Shown in pieces: positions 59,747 through 64,000 of a stretch of 64,000 nucleotides of DNA. Both the position numbers and the translations under genes were made by a program. This DNA comes from Tubulanus polymorphus. Lineage: Eukaryota; Animalia; Nemertea. The stretch's first letter is position 1; each line of letters begins with the position of its first letter. The stretch lies in contig NC_134025.1 in NCBI RefSeq assembly GCF_964204645.1, positions 11,656,001-11,720,000 on the forward strand, read 5' to 3'. Under the pieces are notes generated by a model. It made no database searches, was not told the origin of the DNA, and was given only the letters and a program-made list of their open reading frames with translations.

Positions 59747-62700
59747 ATGACGTATGGCGAAATGGATATCGATGATGTATACAGTCACATCGGTGAATTC
59801 GGCCCACGACAGAAGAAAATATTCTTTTTCCTACAACTGACTCTGCAGCCGTTCTTTTCGTTCCACATGCTGCATATGATATTCATCGGAGCCGCGACCG
59901 ATTTCACCTGTTTCGACAAGGGTGGACGCGAATTGCCGGAGAAAGACCAGTGTTCCGATAAATGTCGTTCCAGCAATGAAGGAACCGTTTATCTGTATTC
60001 GAGTAAATTCACGTCTATTATGAGTGAGGTAAAAATTAATTCTATTGCATCTTACGCAGTGTTTTCTGTATCAATCTGCAGCCCCGTAAAACCGTCCTCC
60101 CTTAAGTCTTTTCGCCAGTTGAATTCATGACAATTACTTATTCAATATTTGAAAGTATGTTCATAGATAGTTGAATGTGTAGGTTTGTTGTCCGTTTGTT
60201 CGTTCATATCCAATTAACCCTGTTGAATTCTGGTCGATCAAAAATTGAATGAATGGTGATAAAGTAAAGAAGGTTTTAGTGTACACCAAACTTGACAAGA
60301 GTGAACACTGATAAAACCTCATTGGAAAAGTCATCATTAAACCTAAGGCATCTCTGTTTTTGAGTACCAGTTCTTATTTCCAATTTAAGTTTACTGGGTG
60401 TTTAAAGTCGATCACTTTGATGATGGTCTAACAACTACTCAATTAGCAAAGTCATAGGATTAAAGGAGGAACAATTTCTCTGTTCATGGAATTTTGAACA
60501 TAGATGAAGGTCCTCAGACCCTGCCGCATACTTCAGATCTCTCAACTGGTAAAAGAGCTGCCGTTTTTAATTCTGTTTCAAAATCCTTAAAATCATCGCT
60601 TTTATTTTCATAACTAGTGGAATCTGGTCTGCGACAACTCGTACAAAGTGGGACTCGTGCAGAGCGTATTCATGTCTGGAGTGCTAATCAGTGCGTTCGT
60701 ATTTGGAATATTGGCCGACAAATACGGACGCTTGAAGATGTTCTACTACACTCTGATCGGAATGACAATTTTCTCAACGATGAGCGCATTCGCGCCGAGC
60801 TACACGACATACGTCGCGTTGAGATTTTTCACCGGTTTCCACTGCGGCGGCTGTATTCTGGTGTCGTTTGTTCTGACGACTGAGATCATCGGAAAATCGT
60901 GGCGCGGATTGTGTGGTTTGCTGATGCCGATATTCTTCGCGTCGGGTATTCTCATCTACGTGTTGCTGGCATATTATATTCACGCGTGGAGACACTTGGC
61001 TTTTGTGACGTCGGCTGTCGGATTTCTCGGTATGTTTTACTATTGGTAAGTTATGTCTTGTTCATGTGCCTCCTCAGTGAAGAGGCAACAAAAACCAACT
61101 TAAAAAGAATTTAATAAGTAACTGAAAATTTTGTCAACTTGGCATTGTTTAAATAACCAACTGTCATTGCACAGGCCAAATACCTTGCTCAAAAGATCTT
61201 ATGCCCTTTGTACATCCCTTTCTGTACTGTCAGTCACAAATGCTCTTCGTGCGACGTTTTTGATCCATAGATAGATTTTTGAATCGCTTCAAAAAAGTAC
61301 AAATAACGAATTTAAATCGTAGATGGACATCGCAACTTTTTTTGTGGCAAAGCCTTTAGCCAAATGCTGGAATTATGGTTCTCTATCAAAATCCACCGTT
61401 GGCAATTAAGCTATGATATGACTGTTCATTTTGATTGAATGCAGAAATTTGAAATAGATGTAAAATGTATTCTAATTTCACTAGATTAATTCAATAAGCA
61501 TTGTACAGTATGATAAGCAGAGTAGATGTTTGAATTGTTTATTCAAGGTTGTTGCCAGAAAGTCCTCGTTGGTTAATTGCTCAAAACCGAATTGAGGAAG
61601 CGGAAGTCATTCTCAGAGATATCGCTCGGCGTAACGGTTCATCCTATCCGCTCGACCAGATCAAGTTGGCGGCTCCGAAGAAAGGCAATGGGCAGCAGAA
61701 AAAATATTCGATGAATGATATTTGGCATTATCCCTACATAAGGAATTTGACTTTAGTACAAATTTTCTCCTGGTAAGTCACTTAATCCTTCTTCACAGTT
61801 ACAGTGTATGCCGTACTGATCCTTACACTTGTGCTGCTATGAATCATTACAGCACAATCCACCTGCTTGCTTTATATTATTTTTCTAGCAAAAAGAATTA
61901 CGAAAAGTATTTTGATGAGATTCATCTGTTTATTTTCTTCGTCAATGTCAGGTGTTCGTTTGTGGTGCTCTATAAATACAATTTATGTTAATTTCGAGTT
62001 GTTTTCTTTTTAAAATTAAAGGTTTGTTAACAGTGCTGTGTACTATGGTTTGACGATGAGTGCCGGAAACCTTGGAAGTAACATGTATATAAGCGTTGCG
62101 CTGTCGGGACTTGTTGAAGTGCCGTCGTACCTGTTTTGTATAGGTTTATTGAACAGGTTTGTATGAAAGTTATTTATGAGTCGCTAACTTATCAAAACCC
62201 TGTAATTTTCTTTAAAAAGTGTACTAGACAACATGTCAATTTTTTCAATGTTTTTCTTTCCAGAGTTGGGCGAAAACTGATTATATGTATGTTGATGTTA
62301 GTTGGTGGTGTATCTTGCATGTTGGTTATGCTAATTCCACAAGGTAACTCATCATTTCACTTCTGCATTATGCCATCGGTATCAAAAGCAGTGAAGGAAT
62401 ATTTTTCAAGGAGTTGATAAGCGATGACTAGTCATGAAGGGTATTAGCAAAAAGAGAGGACAGTAGAGGTGGCAGTCAAAAACACTTTAGAAGTCGTATT
62501 TTGAATACTGTGGGTTGATTTTGCTTCATTTTTCCAGCACTTGTGTTCTCACTTTCTATTTCAGCATATTCAACATTTGCAACAGCTTGTGCACTGATTG
62601 GCAAACTAGCAATTGCAGCATCATTCGCCATTATTTATGTACATTCCGCTGAAATATTTCCAACTGTTATTAGGTACGTGATTGTATTGCCTTCGCATGT

Positions 62701-63907
62701 GTTAACATATGGACATTATAAACTGGGACCGATTACAAGCTGCTTACAAACTATTTCGATATTCAGCTCTTCAATGAAATTATAAGCCCAAATAGAATAA
62801 TCCATTATCCATTCACTGATTGATTTTCTATTTGCAAACCGCCCTGCTAACAATGAATACTTCGTTAGAGATTTTTTCACCCTGTACTGAGAATGGCTGG
62901 TTCGCGTTATAGGGATACCAATAGCTCAGTGAAGAAATTCTGTTACTGTGATAGAATCTCATCAGGTGCTAATAGGGTCTGTGTCAAACACAGTAACAGA
63001 TAACACAGTTCACACGCATATGTACACGCCATCTACTGCAGCCAACTTCAGAAATCTACCGAGATTTTCAGTGATCTAAATTTAGTGAAATTAGATGTTG
63101 GAGCCAATCAAAATTTGTTTCTTTACTATAAGATACTATTCCTCTGTGTATGTGCCAAGTTTCATGCCAAACAACGAATAGATTTTGCGCAAAGTGGTTA
63201 TGAAAAATGACATTTTCCCCTTTATAGTATCGATTAAATGAAAATGGAATTCAACGAATTGACAAAACCAGTGCAATTTCGACTTACATGATGGAAAACT
63301 GTAAATCCCGAGAAAAATGGCAGTGAAATAGAATTTGGACTGAATGGATGGTTTGAAGCTATGCCCCTGAATGAATTTCATTTATCCAATGCCGGGAACA
63401 ATTATGATATCCAGTTTGTATTGATTCCAGGCAATGAATAGCATTGCCATGGGTTTATTTATAACAGTATCATTCTGGAATTTTATTTTCATTTTTTTCA
63501 GGAATATGGCGCTAGGCATAACAAGTTGCGGTGCTCGATTTGGTGGCATAGTGGCTCCTATGATTGCATCGTTGGTAAGTACATATTGTACATTGGATTT
63601 GTACACAAAACATATTTTGTATGAAAATGTTACATCATATGTTATCCTTGTATATTTGTAGTCGACAGTCAGTTCAGCACTTCCGTTTCTGGTGTTTGGG
63701 TGCATGGCATTTTCCGCAGGAGTTCTGAATTTCTATTTACCGGAGACGAAAGGCCAGCCTATGCCGGAAACCATCGACGATGTTCTGATGATGGGCTACA
63801 AAAAACGCCGACAGGAGCAACAACTGAGCAGTTCTAAGGAGCATGTTGTTAAATTACTGGATAGCCCTGCGAACAGCGAAAAGCTCAGTCAGGTTTTAAG
63901 CCTATAA
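59747..63907 (+). CDS. SLC22-family transporter (SLC22A15-like), copy B, 8 coding exons, 525 aa
   Basis: Exons 59747-60028, 60618-61045, 61548-61772, 62022-62156, 62264-62343, 62565-62673, 63502-63574, 63662-63907; same lengths as copy A and no stops seen. Confidence 0.93.
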
Positions 63908-64000
63908 AGAAAATACACTATGTGTATGTACAATGAATTTGAAATTCATGATGAAGGTATCCTAATAAAGCCACCATGTGGTGTTCATTTTTGAACTGCT

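Larger units (their letters stand above)
54389..64000 (+). repeat. Segmental duplication copy B (continues to the window end)
   Basis: Collinear with 19841-20230 and 35720-44891. Confidence 0.9.

Overview
AT-rich, intron-rich animal genomic DNA, probably a marine invertebrate (inferred from gene structure and TE types, not determined). From left to right: (1) a probable last coding exon of an unidentified + strand gene (443-605); (2) a complete 21-coding-exon SF3B2 gene on the - strand (19471->1808, ~1162 aa by my exon chaining), with a SAP domain, an 18-unit GMSGPPP(P) repeat, MITE-rich introns, two decayed minimal hammerhead motifs and a (CUG)20-capped intronic hairpin; (3) a ~16-kb nest of elements (20.2-36.9 kb): Penelope-like RT fragments, a divergent ORF1-like unit ending in a histone-type stem-loop, two Helentron-type HINEs with tandem CTCF-like motifs, hAT/MULE/Harbinger/P-type elements, and very AT-rich Polinton/virus-like fragments; (4) two tandem, apparently intact SLC22 (SLC22A15-like) transporter genes (39108-44798 and 59747-63907) from a segmental duplication; (5) between them, a decayed near-full-length LINE whose ORF1 begins with an RNase H1 hybrid-binding (Cauli_VI-like) domain. 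Everything was read by eye; no searches or folding programs were run.
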